A DNA stretch of 62,677 nt, counting the filler, from Choristocarpus tenellus KU-1152 (taxonomy: Eukaryota > Protista > Phaeophyceae), in NCBI GenBank assembly GCA_964200185.2. It is 10 parts of 10 records of this genome, joined end to end, with 100 filler letters (N's around TTAATTAATTAA, not from the genome) between each part and the next. Parts side by side here need not be neighbours in the genome. Positions count along the whole stretch, not along the records: positions 51,393 to 58,212 come from CAXNAD020007279.1; positions 58,313 to 62,677 come from CAXNAD020014893.1; 8 more parts are not named here. One strand, written 5' to 3'. How positions within the stretch are numbered: position 1 is the stretch's first letter; every line of letters starts with the position of its first letter. Under the pieces are notes generated by a model. The model saw only the letters and a list, made by a program, of their open reading frames with translations. It made no database searches and was not told the origin of the DNA. This document shows positions 51,293-62,677 of the stretch, in pieces. The translations under genes and the position numbers were made by a program.

Positions 51293-51392
51293 NNNNNNNN
51301 NNNNNNNNNNNNNNNNNNNNNNNNNNNNNNNNNNNNTTAATTAATTAANNNNNNNNNNNNNNNNNNNNNNNNNNNNNNNNNNNNNNNNNNNN

Positions 51393-51453
51393 AATCGAAA
51401 AAAGGGTGAAAAACGCACTCCGACCCCCCCCCCCCCCCCAGATACTTTGACCC
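51393..51453. mobile_element. Terminus of TIR family B at contig start
   Basis: C-run then AGATACTTTGACCC, the reverse complement of GGGTCAAAGTATCTG(n). Confidence 0.7.
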
Positions 51454-52029
51454 TTGACCAATCAAATGAGTGATGATGATCAAAAAGATTCCTCGTACAA
51501 AATTGTTTGAGATGGACCTGCTTATGTCCAAAACTGTCAAAACTGTCCAAGTGTGGGTCTGTTATTGTCAGTTGGATGAAAGCGGTGAAGTAATGTCACT
51601 ATTCAGTCCCCATATGTGTCCATTATTATCAATGGTGTATTGACTGATGATGCTGTTCCAATGAAAGGACTGCTGCTTAGTGCATTGTCCATCTTCATGT
51701 GTTGTATTGGTGTATTGACCATTGCAGAGCTTGAACTGTATGTCGTGGTATGTTTGCATGCAGGAAAAAGGAATATATGTTGTATTAATTTGTTTTTTAT
51801 TTGGATGGTAATAATAATAATAATGTTTCGACTACGTTGTAGTTTTCATTTGTTTACTTAAGGTTAGGGTTTGGGTTATATACATAATGCCTCACACTTA
51901 CCTATAAACGGGGAGATCCAGACTAACCCAAACCCTAAAAATGTGGAGTTTGTATTGTGTGATGAATGACCTAGGTTTAGGGTGCTATGAGTTGGATGCT
52001 ATTCCCTATTGGTGTTTCTTTGAAGGATG

Positions 52030-52237
52030 CTTTGTCTACAATGTGTACAACTTTGTCTACAATGTGTACAACTTTGTCTACAGTGTGTACAACTTTGTCT
52101 ACAATGTGTACAACTTTGTCTACAGTGTGTACAACTTTGTCTACAATGTGTACAACTTTGTCTACAGTGTGTACAACTTTGTCTACAGTTTGTACAACTT
52201 TGTCTACAATGTGTACAACTTCGTCCTTAATGTGTAC
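52030..52237. repeat. 21-bp minisatellite CTTTGTCTACA(A/G)TGTGTACAA, nine units plus one degenerate
   Basis: Read directly; no spacers between units. Confidence 0.97.
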
Positions 52238-52528
52238 GTACCCCCAAGAAATCTCTTAATGTTACCATTACAGTTATGTTTTTATTTCTATCTTTATCCT
52301 AAAATTATATATTTATTTTTTAGTTCTTGACAAGTGTCTCTGCAGTGCACCAATAAGCATCCTCCATACCCCTAACACCTGCTTCCCTGCCCTCTTAACA
52401 CAGTGCACTGGGTGGTTTAAGTGTAGTAGGTGTTCAATCACACCCGATATCAACATCTACTGACACCCAGTCTACAATGCAGTGCCCATGCCCTCCTCCT
52501 GCTTAACCACACCTCTGATTTTTTTCAG

Positions 52529-55500
52529 GCAAGGTGGGTTCCAGTATTGGGAAATCTCTCAACAGTGATGGCATTGGTGAGTGCAATCTGCTTGTCATGG
52601 GTGATGTTCCCAGATGAAGGCTCAAGGGTATTGTCAGTACTACCTGCATGCTCAATACTGCTGCTGCTACAGAATGATGGGAGGCTACTGAGAGGGTTAG
52701 GGTTGGAGAATCGGTATGCGGTGGTTTTGGGGGTGATCTCAACTTGCTGGGTGACATCCAGCTTGTACTACATCCTCATGAAGGTGATTGGGATGTGTTT
52801 TGAAGTTGTTTTGAGTGCATTTGTATCTGTAACTGCAAATGTAACTGTTGCTGATGGTAGTAGAGTTCTTATGTTGTTTTGTAGAGGACGTGTACGATGG
52901 GCTGGTAGGCATTGCCATCCTGATAGAATACTTGGTTGGTTTGTGATGCTGATGCCAATAGCCATGTACTTGGTTTGTGATATTGTTAGTTACATCTGAA
53001 GTGATGGTGTGTATTGAAGGTATGTATCACGCCCAGAAACTAGATGAACAAGAACGAGCTTTCCTGAGAGGGAAGACTTGGCATAGATAGAACTGCGGAA
53101 GAGTAGAAGCAATTTGTTGTACAGTAAGGAGTGGCTTGGTGGCACTTGGATGTGGAAAGGGTCTTATCACTGTTTGTTGTTATCACTGTTGTCGTTGCTA
53201 GTAAGAAAAATGTACACCCTTTCAGAGCAACCCCTTGTGGCTTAGAGTCCTCTGGGGCAACACATTGTATGTTTCTGTGTGTATTTTATCACATATTATT
53301 ATTAGTATATTTATTATTTCTTTTTTCTGGGATATACTCAAGGCTGTATAGATAGAAACACATCACGGGGGGATTGAGGTGGACTTTTTTTTTTTAGTAC
53401 TGAGTATGTAACTGTTGCAGTGGTCCCTAACCCCAACCCTAACCCTGACCAATGGCCAAATGAATGATAAAGGTAGATGCAGATGGATCTTTGCTATATT
53501 ACATTCAGTGCTTTCATTGTGAGGTGGAATCTGTTTTGTCACTTCAGCTGCCCTAACCCTAATAGAGATGTGAGACATGCAATCCTACCTAACAGGTTAG
53601 AGTTAGGGTCAGGGTGACGACTTCTTTTCTTTTTTCTTTTTTCTTCAGGAGTCCGCTGTAGTACTAGTACTACCCAACCTATTTTCCACAACACTGAGTA
53701 TTGCAGTTGATTACTGTGCTTGACTACTGACTGTACTTAAATACTGTACTTGAATATTGTACTTAACTACTGTACAGGGATACCTGTCTGGGGGGGCACT
53801 TGACTCAGACATGGAAAGGCTTTCAGGGTACATGCAACTATTGGCTCACAAACACGGGATGTACAGCAACCTGTTTGGTCATACTCATGGGCAGACAGCT
53901 GTGGCTCTACTTGGTGTGAGCATCTGGACCTCAGGGTCTCCTTGGAGGGTACGCCACATTACACTACACTTCGGAACAATAAGGGTCCAATAATGGTCCA
54001 ATAAGAATTGAATTACTGACCTTTTGTTTATTGAAGCACCTTGGTTGAGGTGAGGTGATTGTAGCTCTTTGGGGTATGGTGTACAGTAGTATTTTTCTTG
54101 ATTTCCTTTCAGTTCCTTTTTTCAATATCTTTGGCTCTTCCTACCACTCTCACTTCATTTTTATATCTATTTTAACATTTATTTTAACATCTATTTTTAT
54201 ATCTCTGGCATCCATAGCTTTCACTCACCTATTGATTTAAGGACCTCCAACCTGTGGTACCTGGACCTCCCATGCAGTACCTTCACCTCCTGTACCTTCA
54301 ACTGAACCGGGTTCAATCATTCAATCATTTACCATTGATTGATCCATCTCATACCCTTGCACACATTGATCCATCTCCTCGTATCCTCACCTCCCCATTT
54401 CCCATACCACTCTCCAATCTATTCCTTGGGCTACTTCATCACATTACTTCATGTCTCTGATGGTCCAGCCACTATGGAATATCATCCTCTTGGCATCCTC
54501 AATCCCATCCCATGTCCGACTCGTGACATTCTTGTGGGGGGGGAGGCAAGGTTCCCTCCAGAGGGATTGGAAGGTGCTTGGTGCTCTTGTGGTGAACCTT
54601 CTACCTTTGACTGCTGGGGATCTATCCAGGTGACATTTGGTGTATTTCCTCTTCCTGGAGTGCTTGCAATTGACCGTTTCAACTGCTTTTGTTTTTTGGG
54701 GTTAGGGTTAGGGTTAGGGTTAGGGTTAGGGTTAGGGCAGTCAGTTGTTGATTGGTGCCCTCATGGTGTTGAGTAAGAAAGGAAGTACAGCCCCCATTGG
54801 TACGGTTAGAGGGGGCAGGAACAGGTTGCATTGACTTGGGTTGACTTCTGTGCTTTTGATAGGGGGTTTTGTCATATTTTCTTTTTTTAAATTGAGTTCC
54901 AAGACTTTCCAGTGTTTTCATTGTATGAAGTACTATTCTACCGTGCTTCCAACATGCTTTCGGTTTAGTCGGAGGTATGGTATGGTATGGTATGGTATGG
55001 TACTAAGTACTTTTGAGAAAATTGTTGGCAGTATAGGCAATACTTCTTATACCGTTTGGTGGCAAATGCATAGCGTTTTACAGCTCTACTGACTTCCAAT
55101 TCTCATAGACGGTATAAGGCGGGGTTTGTTTGTGTTGGTCGTCAAACCACCGGTGACAAGTCTGGTGAAAAGTCTTGCATCTTAAACTCTATTGCTCCTT
55201 GTTTGTAGTGCAGACCTTTTTTGTTCCCTTTTGCCCTTGACATACTTAGGGTTAGGGTTACTACTCTTGATAGAAATTTCTACTGGGAGCCGAGTCAATA
55301 ACAGGGTATTGACAAAACTTAGTGTGGAGCCTACATCGCTATGGGAGTGACTATATTCTGAATGATAGCATCTTGGAGGAGGTAATATTGAGTTTTCAAG
55401 ACCCTTGCGACTGCGTTGTGGTGTATGTGTTTTGGGCACTGTGGAAGTTGATTTGGAGTAAGAATGTGTTTGTGTTCAAAGCTAGTCTTCTCTACAGTCG

Positions 55501-55906
55501 CACCCTCCTATGGGGGTTTTACTGCTGCATCGGGCGTGATTTCCAACTTACAGCCTTGAAACTAAAAAGAGCTAAGAAAATCCCCCTTCTTACATGATTT
55601 CACTATGATGCTGGTTGTAAACTATGTGGTTATTTTGGTCTTTTCACTAGAGCTGTTGTTATGTGAAGTTACTGTGAATCAATCCACCAACACATTTGAA
55701 GAGTTGGGCATACAAGCAAAGCACTCCTTGCTGATTCATGCTCTCGCTTGTTGCAACTCCTTTCATCACATACCAACCCACACACCCCTCCAAACACAAT
55801 CATCATTGGCAGTATTAATCTCATGGGTGCAGTTGGCCTGTCTGGGGGCTCGTTGCACCTCTGGCTAGCACACAAACAGCGTCAAGATAGCATGCAATTC
55901 TTGTGA
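52529..55906 (+). CDS. 3' exons of a NO EXINE FORMATION 1 (NEF1)-like polytopic membrane protein
   Basis: Phase-consistent exons 52529-52783, 53778-53948, 54469-54629, 55813-55906 (stop). WVPVLGNLSTV, ILLLLQND...LGLENRY, NIILLASSIPSH...FLW, NLLPL..GDL and the terminal helix parallel the C-terminus of plant NEF1 as I recall it. 51668-51747 may be a further upstream exon. Confidence 0.72.
54702..54737. repeat. Intronic (TTAGGG)6
   Basis: Six perfect units read directly. Confidence 0.95.
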
Positions 55907-58440
55907 GACCAGAAGCAAGCACTTCAACATCCCCTCCACCTTACAGTGTACAACTCTCCTGTGCATTGAAGCATGTCTGAGATCTGGGCTGATGGCAATG
56001 CTCCAAGGACAAACCATGAACTGGATTTGGTCAAACGTCTCTCTCTCTCCTAGGAAACAACCACTACAGTGGCATCAAGAGTAGTAACAGCAGCAGCATA
56101 CGGAGGTTTGCCAGGCAAACAAAGTGTCCAGACAGAGGGACATTGAATGAACAATGCAGGATCCACCGTGACATGGAGTCATACCGTGTCATCCTCTGCA
56201 GCTGGTGTTGGACAGTACAGGGCGAGCACATGTTGTATTTTTCTTTTTCTTTTAGCGTACCAAAAATATATATATATATATTTGCTGAACTTCCCGTCTG
56301 AGTATGTCCTATGTGTACGATACAATCTTCCCAAGAAATTTTTTTGTTTCATTTGTCTGGTGTGCCAAGTATGGCACTTCTCTGATGTGTCAGTCCATGA
56401 TATGGATCAATGCCACACTGGAGTTCAGCAAAGCAACGTGTACCCCAGTGTTGATGAGTTGAGGAGGAGAGGGGAAAATCATATGTGAAAGAGTTTATTG
56501 GACCCTGTGGCTTTTGTTTGATTGCACAGTTGATATCTGAGCTGGAAAGACACTGTAAGCCAGCATGATGCGTGTGACATCTTGGGAGTTAGAAAGTCGT
56601 TGCACTTGTATTCATTGCATCTGATATCACTGGTGACGGCATGTCAATGCTGGTCATCATGGGTGTTTGGATGGTATCACTTGTTGTGCCGCCAATGTTA
56701 GAGAGTGAAGGTGGTGCGGATCCGGGTGGGTCACAATATTTGTTGCTGCTTTTCCCCCTCTCTTCACTCAGCAGGTGGAAGAAGAGTTATAGCATCTTCC
56801 TTCCCTTTCTGTATTTTTTTGGAAGGGATTACTTTAACGTGTCTCAGGTATCATGTACCTCCGGGTCAGGTGCCATGTTCTAGATTACTGTCCAGTATCG
56901 GTTTGAAGAATGGACCACCTCCCCCAGTGCAATTTTGACATTTCGAACTGAATGTGTCTGCTCAGTTGTTTTTTTTAGTTGGCACCAGTTCCTGGCTGAT
57001 TGCAGCATGTCAGCAAACGGTGTTTTGAGGTGACACTAGGGTTTAATTTGGTGATGAAGTCTTTGCTTCATCTTGAGCAGTTGTCATGAATTCACTCTGG
57101 TGCAGTACCCCAGCAAACTTGGGATAAGCTACGGGTTGTTCAAGATGTTAATATATATACGCCATAATACAAGTATTCGTCAGTACATCAAACTACTTTT
57201 TCTTCTGTCGGTGCTTTTTTTTTGTGTCCCGGTATGATACCTCAAAGTGATAACTCAGAGTGGTACATTGGCATGAATGCATTGTACATGTTAGAGTATA
57301 TAGTGGCATCCCTCCCTCTTTTTTTTCTATCAACGTTAGTATTTAGTCTGTGGACTTGACATTTAATTGTAGAATATCCGAAGCAGTGATCTGATGCTTT
57401 ACAAGCAACCATATATATCTACAACAACAGCGAATGGCAAATGCTACATTTATAGTTTCATGCACGATGGCAATACCTGTGAAGTGTACGACAGGATCAG
57501 CATTCAAGAAAGGAAACTACTTCAAAGTTAGTGCTTTGAAGTACCAAACAAAGAAGAATAAAGCTTGAGAGCAGCGATTGACAGGGGTTTGTTGCAGAAT
57601 GTGCTGCTCTATTTTGGAGTGTAATCTGGGTTCCAAAACGTACAGCTGAAGCTACAGCTGAAGACCCCGTAGTCCTGAAGTTAGGTCCAGATGACATGCA
57701 CAAGATGGTTGCTTGCTTCTGAAAATTGACCTGTGTTGAAAATTTTCAAGTAGGACTTGGACATTTTCCTCTTCTTGCACCCCCTTCGTATTGTTCTCAC
57801 ATACATTTCGTTTAATTAGCCAAAGGACTTTGAAGCAGAAGGTCATGTCTTACACCTATCTACCTGGCTGTGGAATAGAGCTCTACATTTAGTAGGTGAT
57901 AGTACATTTCTGAAATCAATGATTAAACCCTTGAGGGTAAAGAACTTACTCCAAAAATTATCAAGCACTGAGACAGATGGGACGGGTCTCATGAGGGTTG
58001 GGATGATGTGGCTCTATCATCCATACATGTGATGCAGATTCTTGGGATGTGTCCACAACATTCGAGCATGGATAGGTGTTTTTAACCTGGCTCTTTGGTT
58101 CCTGTGGTGTGGTGAGCTTGCAGCACTTGGGCTTATTTCACCTTCACTTTGTGGTTAGCTCCAACAAACAGGGGATCCTCAATATGGAGGATGGCCCGGG
58201 ACTATGAGGATGNNNNNNNNNNNNNNNNNNNNNNNNNNNNNNNNNNNNNNNNNNNNTTAATTAATTAANNNNNNNNNNNNNNNNNNNNNNNNNNNNNNNN
58301 NNNNNNNNNNNNCTCGCCTCGATAGCAGACCGTAGAACTGTCAAGACCTTGGTAGGAATCTTTTTGCCATTCCCAACAAGTTTGTCGCACGTCGAAATAA
58401 TACCGGGTACAAATAACACTGTGTACATACATCAAACCCA

Positions 58441-58920
58441 CCTCTCCACGTCGGAGGATGCTCTTGCATTAGGTGTACCTTTGCAAGCGTCGATGACATA
58501 ATTGGATATTCCGAACGATGCCTTGATAAACTGCATACAAACGGGAATGCCGGCCGCGAGGATAGATCCGCCTCCAGGCCCCAACTTAGTGACAGGTACA
58601 CGGTCACCAACGAAGTGCCTGCAATCGCGGCGGTTCTCACACGCCCGGATGATGTCCTGCTCTTTGGCCAACATGCGGGCAAGGAAGGACTCGCTATCTG
58701 CCGCGAACTTCTTCCCACAGGCTAAGCGCTTGCAGCAGTCACCCTGTTTGTTGACCGGGATAGGTTGAGCCCATTCTCGGCGAAGCTTGGCACCGATTGC
58801 TGAAGCGTCATAGGTAGAAAGCTCCAGCACATCATTGTTGGCGGGCTGGTGAGGGGGCGCACAGGGGGTGGCACAGGCGACAAAAGCCACCCCCTTGCTG
58901 TGGGAGTAACTATCATGGTG
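58441..58920 (-). mobile_element. N-terminal exon of a putative Sola-type (Sola2-like) transposase, truncated by contig start
   Basis: CCKRLAC...R.FV...AGIPVCMQFIKASFGIS matches the CCxxxC...GxxVCxxxxxxxxGIS pattern upstream of the Sola catalytic domain. Ends at an AG|GTGGGT donor. The DDD domain is not in the window and the start is uncertain. Confidence 0.55.
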
Positions 58921-59151
58921 TTTTCGGGCAACAGGCGGTCTTGGGCAGTGAGAAGGTCTAGGAGTGAATTGAATTCGAAGCCGGGCATACGATGTTTGAG
59001 TTTGAAGAGACCCGTCGGACCAAAACAAAATCCGTGTTTTGGAAAACACGTTTATTCTCGCTGTGATGAAATAAAATCTAGATTCTAATCTGGTCTCAGG
59101 CAAGAGTCAATCTTGGGCACGATAGAATTGAATTCGAAGCCGGGCGTATGA

Positions 59152-59411
59152 GTGTGAAAGTATCTTAGAGGGTATGAGTTTTGCCCTGTTTGTCTATTTG
59201 GGTCTTGGCTTCCCATGGTGTTTTTAATGACATTTTCCTACTCCAAAATATTTTGGAGTATGTAAAATGTTTATCGTATTAGAAGGTGTGTCCAGAATAT
59301 CGACATTAACACTTCCTAAACACACACAATAGCCAAGATTACATCAAAATTGCAACATTGGACTTTGGCCCCCAAATGGACGCGGCTGTACCCTCTAATA
59401 TACTTTGGCTC
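59152..59411 (-). mobile_element. MITE family A copy 5, TSD ATGA
   Basis: atga|GTGTGAAAGTATCTTAGAGGGTA...TACCCTCTAATATACTTTGGCTC|atga. Confidence 0.93.
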
Positions 59412-59421
59412 ATGAACGATA

Positions 59422-59985
59422 TTTGAGCTTCGGGCGACCGTTGGACCACCCTGAGATCCATGATCCGGAAAACACGTGCATTATGGTTCTTAGAAATTTA
59501 AAATTCGATTATATTCGTAATTTCAATTTTTTCAAATACAAAGCACACACTTAATTGATCTTGTACGTTTCCAATGTTCCGAAACGAAAAGGTAAAGAAA
59601 AACTGACACCCTCTAATTTTCTTAAGTACAAAATCTTATATTGTTCGACATATGTATATTAATAATACAAATGTCGACAAAAAGCGGTTTTTGAGTTTCG
59701 GGCGATCCGTCGGACAACCCGAAACCCTTGAACCACCAAAACATGTGCATTAGGGTTTTTATGAGATAATAAAAGTATTCTATTGTTAATATCAACAAAT
59801 AAAAATACAAACCACATACTTCATTGATCTAATACGTTTGAAACGTTCCGAAACGAAAATGGCACAAAAAACTGATACTCTCCATCTGTTTCAAATATGA
59901 AATCGTATATACTGTTCGATATTCGTATTTTTTCTAACACGTTTATCAACGGAAAGAGAAATCTGAGTTCTTTGGGCACCGACCG
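59422..59985. repeat. Diverged ~270-bp tandem repeat (two units plus start of a third; related partial unit at 58966-59060)
   Basis: Unit starts TTTGAG-TTCGGGCGA at 59422 and 59690, with a degenerate start at 59962; exact GTTCCGAAACGAAAA at 59576 and 59845. Confidence 0.85.
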
Positions 59986-60104
59986 ACCAGATGAAATAAA
60001 GCAGCACCTCCCAACCCTCACTCCTCCTATCCATTCCTTCCTTCCGAACTTACGACCAGCAGCTCTTACTTATCTATCCCCGTCACACCCTCCCAATCTT
60101 CGCC

Positions 60105-62149
60105 ATGTCCAACATTCGCTCAACAACGACTCCCCTGCCCGCCGATGGCGCTGCCCATGGATCAAGAGCGTCGGACAGCAATGCCAAGGGCATGTCCTCG
60201 CTCCTCGAAAATCTCTACCTCGGCACATAAAATATGAAACTCGGCAACATCACATGCATGGAGATGGTGCATCCCCTGAGCGAGCGTGGCCTTGCGCGCG
60301 TCCGCAAGTCCATCCATGAAAAAGGCTGGCTCGAGCAGTGTGCTCTGTCCGTTGCCATCCAACGAGACTGCTTAGGCAACGGGGACCAGCTCACAGCCGA
60401 CACTGCGCTTGCCGTTCAAGGACGAATACTGGACGGAAACCATAGAATAATGATGTTGAAGAGAGAGTTTGATGCCGAACACGCTTTCATGATGCGGGTC
60501 TACATAGAGTTCGACCAAGCAGAAGAGAGGCTAATTGCCAATGGTGGGTGATGGAGTGTTGTCGTTGTTCCATGATTGCCTGATGACTCTTCTGATCTAC
60601 CAAGTTGCTGGCGTGTTTCCTTTGTTTGGTTCCTCATCAGTCAGCCCGTTGTTGATCTTTTTGTAGTTGATCATTTTTATCCCTCATGGTATTTCTGTCA
60701 GCAGCAACATGTTGCTCACTACTGCCTGCCGCGTGAGTCCTGCAACCGCTTCCCACCTACCCCTTACCCCGTTCGCCCACTGCACCACCACTCTTATAGC
60801 ATTCAACGACACGACCGAGAGTGTGGTTGAGCGCACGCTGTACAATAAGGTAGGTCTTTTAAGCACGAGCTCGAAGAAGCTATAAAATGACAGACGAAGA
60901 AAAAAGAAGTGTCACTAGCAGAGATCCGCAAAATGTACAAAATGGTGATGGAGTTGTCAACGTTGGTGGGATGGTGGCGCTCTACTCCTCCTCTTGTTGG
61001 GTTACAGCTGTTGTGAAATCTCTCTGTGTCCTCCTATTCAACCTAAGTTGAGATAGTTATCCCGCGTTTAGCAACCCTGTCAACCAATTTCTTGATGTTC
61101 GGGTGACCATGTGGTATGTGTGTGTGGTTAAGCACAGACGAAGTGAACAGTTTTTTCTTTCAGCACTAGGTAGGTCAGGCCGCTGAGTATCTTATCGCCT
61201 CCCCCACCCCCCTTCCCTGGGTAAGGTCCACTCCTTGCCTGGACCATTGCGGTGTTGCCTGAATTAATAAACACACAATGCGTCATTTTGCAAACCAAAC
61301 CCTCTCCTTCGTGGGCAACCACATGCTGTTTCTGTGTTGTATACACACGAACAATAAAAATCGTTCTTATTTGTTTTATCGCTAGGTCAGGCCGCTGAAT
61401 AACACCCCCCCACTCTCATACATACCCCGTTGGCGTGGTAATAACGATGCCTCATTCTGACTGGCTGGGTGCATCATATATTGCAATTTCTACCCATCAC
61501 GAAGGTGGGCGTTACTCCCCCACCGAAAACAACTCTACGAAACTGGAAGCAAGGCGTAAAGTCCCTTCAACCAGAGTCCTTCAAGGTACTGAAGGAAGTG
61601 TGTGAGACCTCGTCACCACAGGTCGACCGCAACGCGGTCACACTGAGCTATCTGAGTTGCAAGGAGTTTGCCAGCTTCACTTCTCTCAAGCAGGGGCTAT
61701 GCATCTGTCTGCTTGCGAGGCAAGTCAAACCGCCACTGTGTTTTATCGTGTGGACAGCAGAAAGCGACATGTGTGCCGGTCGCACCTTGTACAGAAAACG
61801 TTCAATAAGTGTCTCCTGCGATGAAGACCATAGTCGGGCATTGTTGTATCGAACAACAAACCGTTCGTAGTACCGATCACCGTTCAACGTGCTCCCGGGT
61901 CTTACGGTAGTGCGTTTTCGTGGGTTCGAAGTGCGGGATTCGGACTCGGACTTGACGCCAATCACCACTAGAAAGAGCAAGTGTTCCTCTTCCCGCACGG
62001 GTGGAAAGGGGAAAGATTGCAAGATGCTGAGGGGCGCCGGTGATTCTGCTCTGGAAGACGAGCCGGAGTATGTCACCAACGCGGAGGAGGATGAGGAGGA
62101 AGAAGAGGAGGATGAAGAGGAGGATGAAGGGGATGACGAAGAGGAGTAA
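60105..62149 (+). pseudogene. Spliced ParB/Srx-domain + HTH-like + acidic-tail gene, disrupted
   Basis: Exon 60105-60543 (PLSERGLARVRKSIHEKGW...GRILDGNHRIMML) splices in phase to 60800 (RLIANAFNDTTE). EVSLAEIRKMYKM|VGVTPPPKTTLRNWK across 60944/61505 is HTH-like, and there is a D/E tail to 62149. In-frame TAA at 60228, TGA at 60888 and at least one frameshift. Confidence 0.65.
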
Positions 62150-62677
62150 CTAGTGGATTGGGATTGGGGGCGGGGAGGAAGGGGGGGGGGGAGCGGCTGG
62201 GGGGTGCACACGTTGGCAAATTAATGATTGACCAACGGCAAACAGAGGATACGGGAGCGTTGTTGTTCTTGATGCCTCGTTAGTTCAGTAGTTAGTTCAA
62301 GCAGGTTGTTCGTATCTCTGTTGCACTCCCGGTAACATGCGTACCAGCGTTGGCGCCCGTGCTTGCTTCAGGTGACATGCATAGTTTCTCGCGGTGGTGG
62401 AGGGAGGAGGGATACAACGAATGAGCAGCAAATTGAAAAAGCTGATGTTTTCTTTTTTTTTAATGTGCTGGAAGATTTTTTTACTACAAGCTACCGTTAG
62501 ATACAGTAGCCTTCTTCTCCTTAGCCCTGTTGTTGTCATGCGATGTGTTACAAGTTCCACAACTTGCCCGAGAAAGTAGATAATGCAGATCGGCGTATCT
62601 GACAGGGTGGGGGGGGGGGTAGATCGCAACAAACGATATCTCGGACATGACTGAGATATTTGTACCAAGAGGTTGGT

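Noticed and set aside
52030-52237. CRISPR array or repeat-protein ORFs (VYNF, MCTTLST, CVQLCLQ)
   Set aside because: Units abut with no unique spacers, the context is a eukaryotic intron or intergenic region, and the open frames are a by-product of a stop-free 21-mer.
60105-62149. Bacterial contaminant or plasmid parABS locus
   Set aside because: The gene has spliceosomal introns, a host MITE lies upstream on the same contig, and no ParA/Walker-A ORF is visible.

Overview
Eukaryotic, intron-rich, repeat-rich genomic DNA, most likely a photosynthetic stramenopile such as a brown alga or relative (inferred from long GT/GC-AG introns, TTAGGG tracts and gene content; not proven). The window is not one locus. 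It is ten unrelated contigs joined by nine artificial 100-nt linkers (N44-TTAATTAATTAA-N44). Host genes that can be reconstructed by hand with phase-consistent splice sites: the 3' 16 exons of the RNA polymerase I largest subunit (19088-29255), a class C (GABA-B-like) GPCR (38255-43325), the 3' end of a NEF1-like membrane protein (52529-55906), a ferric reductase/NOX fragment, an ankyrin-repeat protein and a 7-exon coiled-coil gene of unknown function. Mobile DNA: five copies of a ~260-bp MITE with GRG..CYC ends (4-bp TSDs in two copies, Sola2-like), ends of a related TIR family at four contig breaks, and Copia and chromodomain-Gypsy remnants. Three signals deserve most attention. (1) A cluster of unannotated snoRNAs inside the Pol I gene introns (three H/ACA, one C/D) with rRNA-complementary guides and compensatory base changes. 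(2) A Sola-like transposase N-terminus lying head-to-head with a spliced, decayed ParB/Srx-HTH gene across an array of ~270-bp repeats, a possible two-gene transposon. (3) A Tudor-like insertion inside the Pol I largest subunit. All family calls come from motif recognition by eye, and rRNA targets are recalled conserved eukaryotic sequences; no database search was run.
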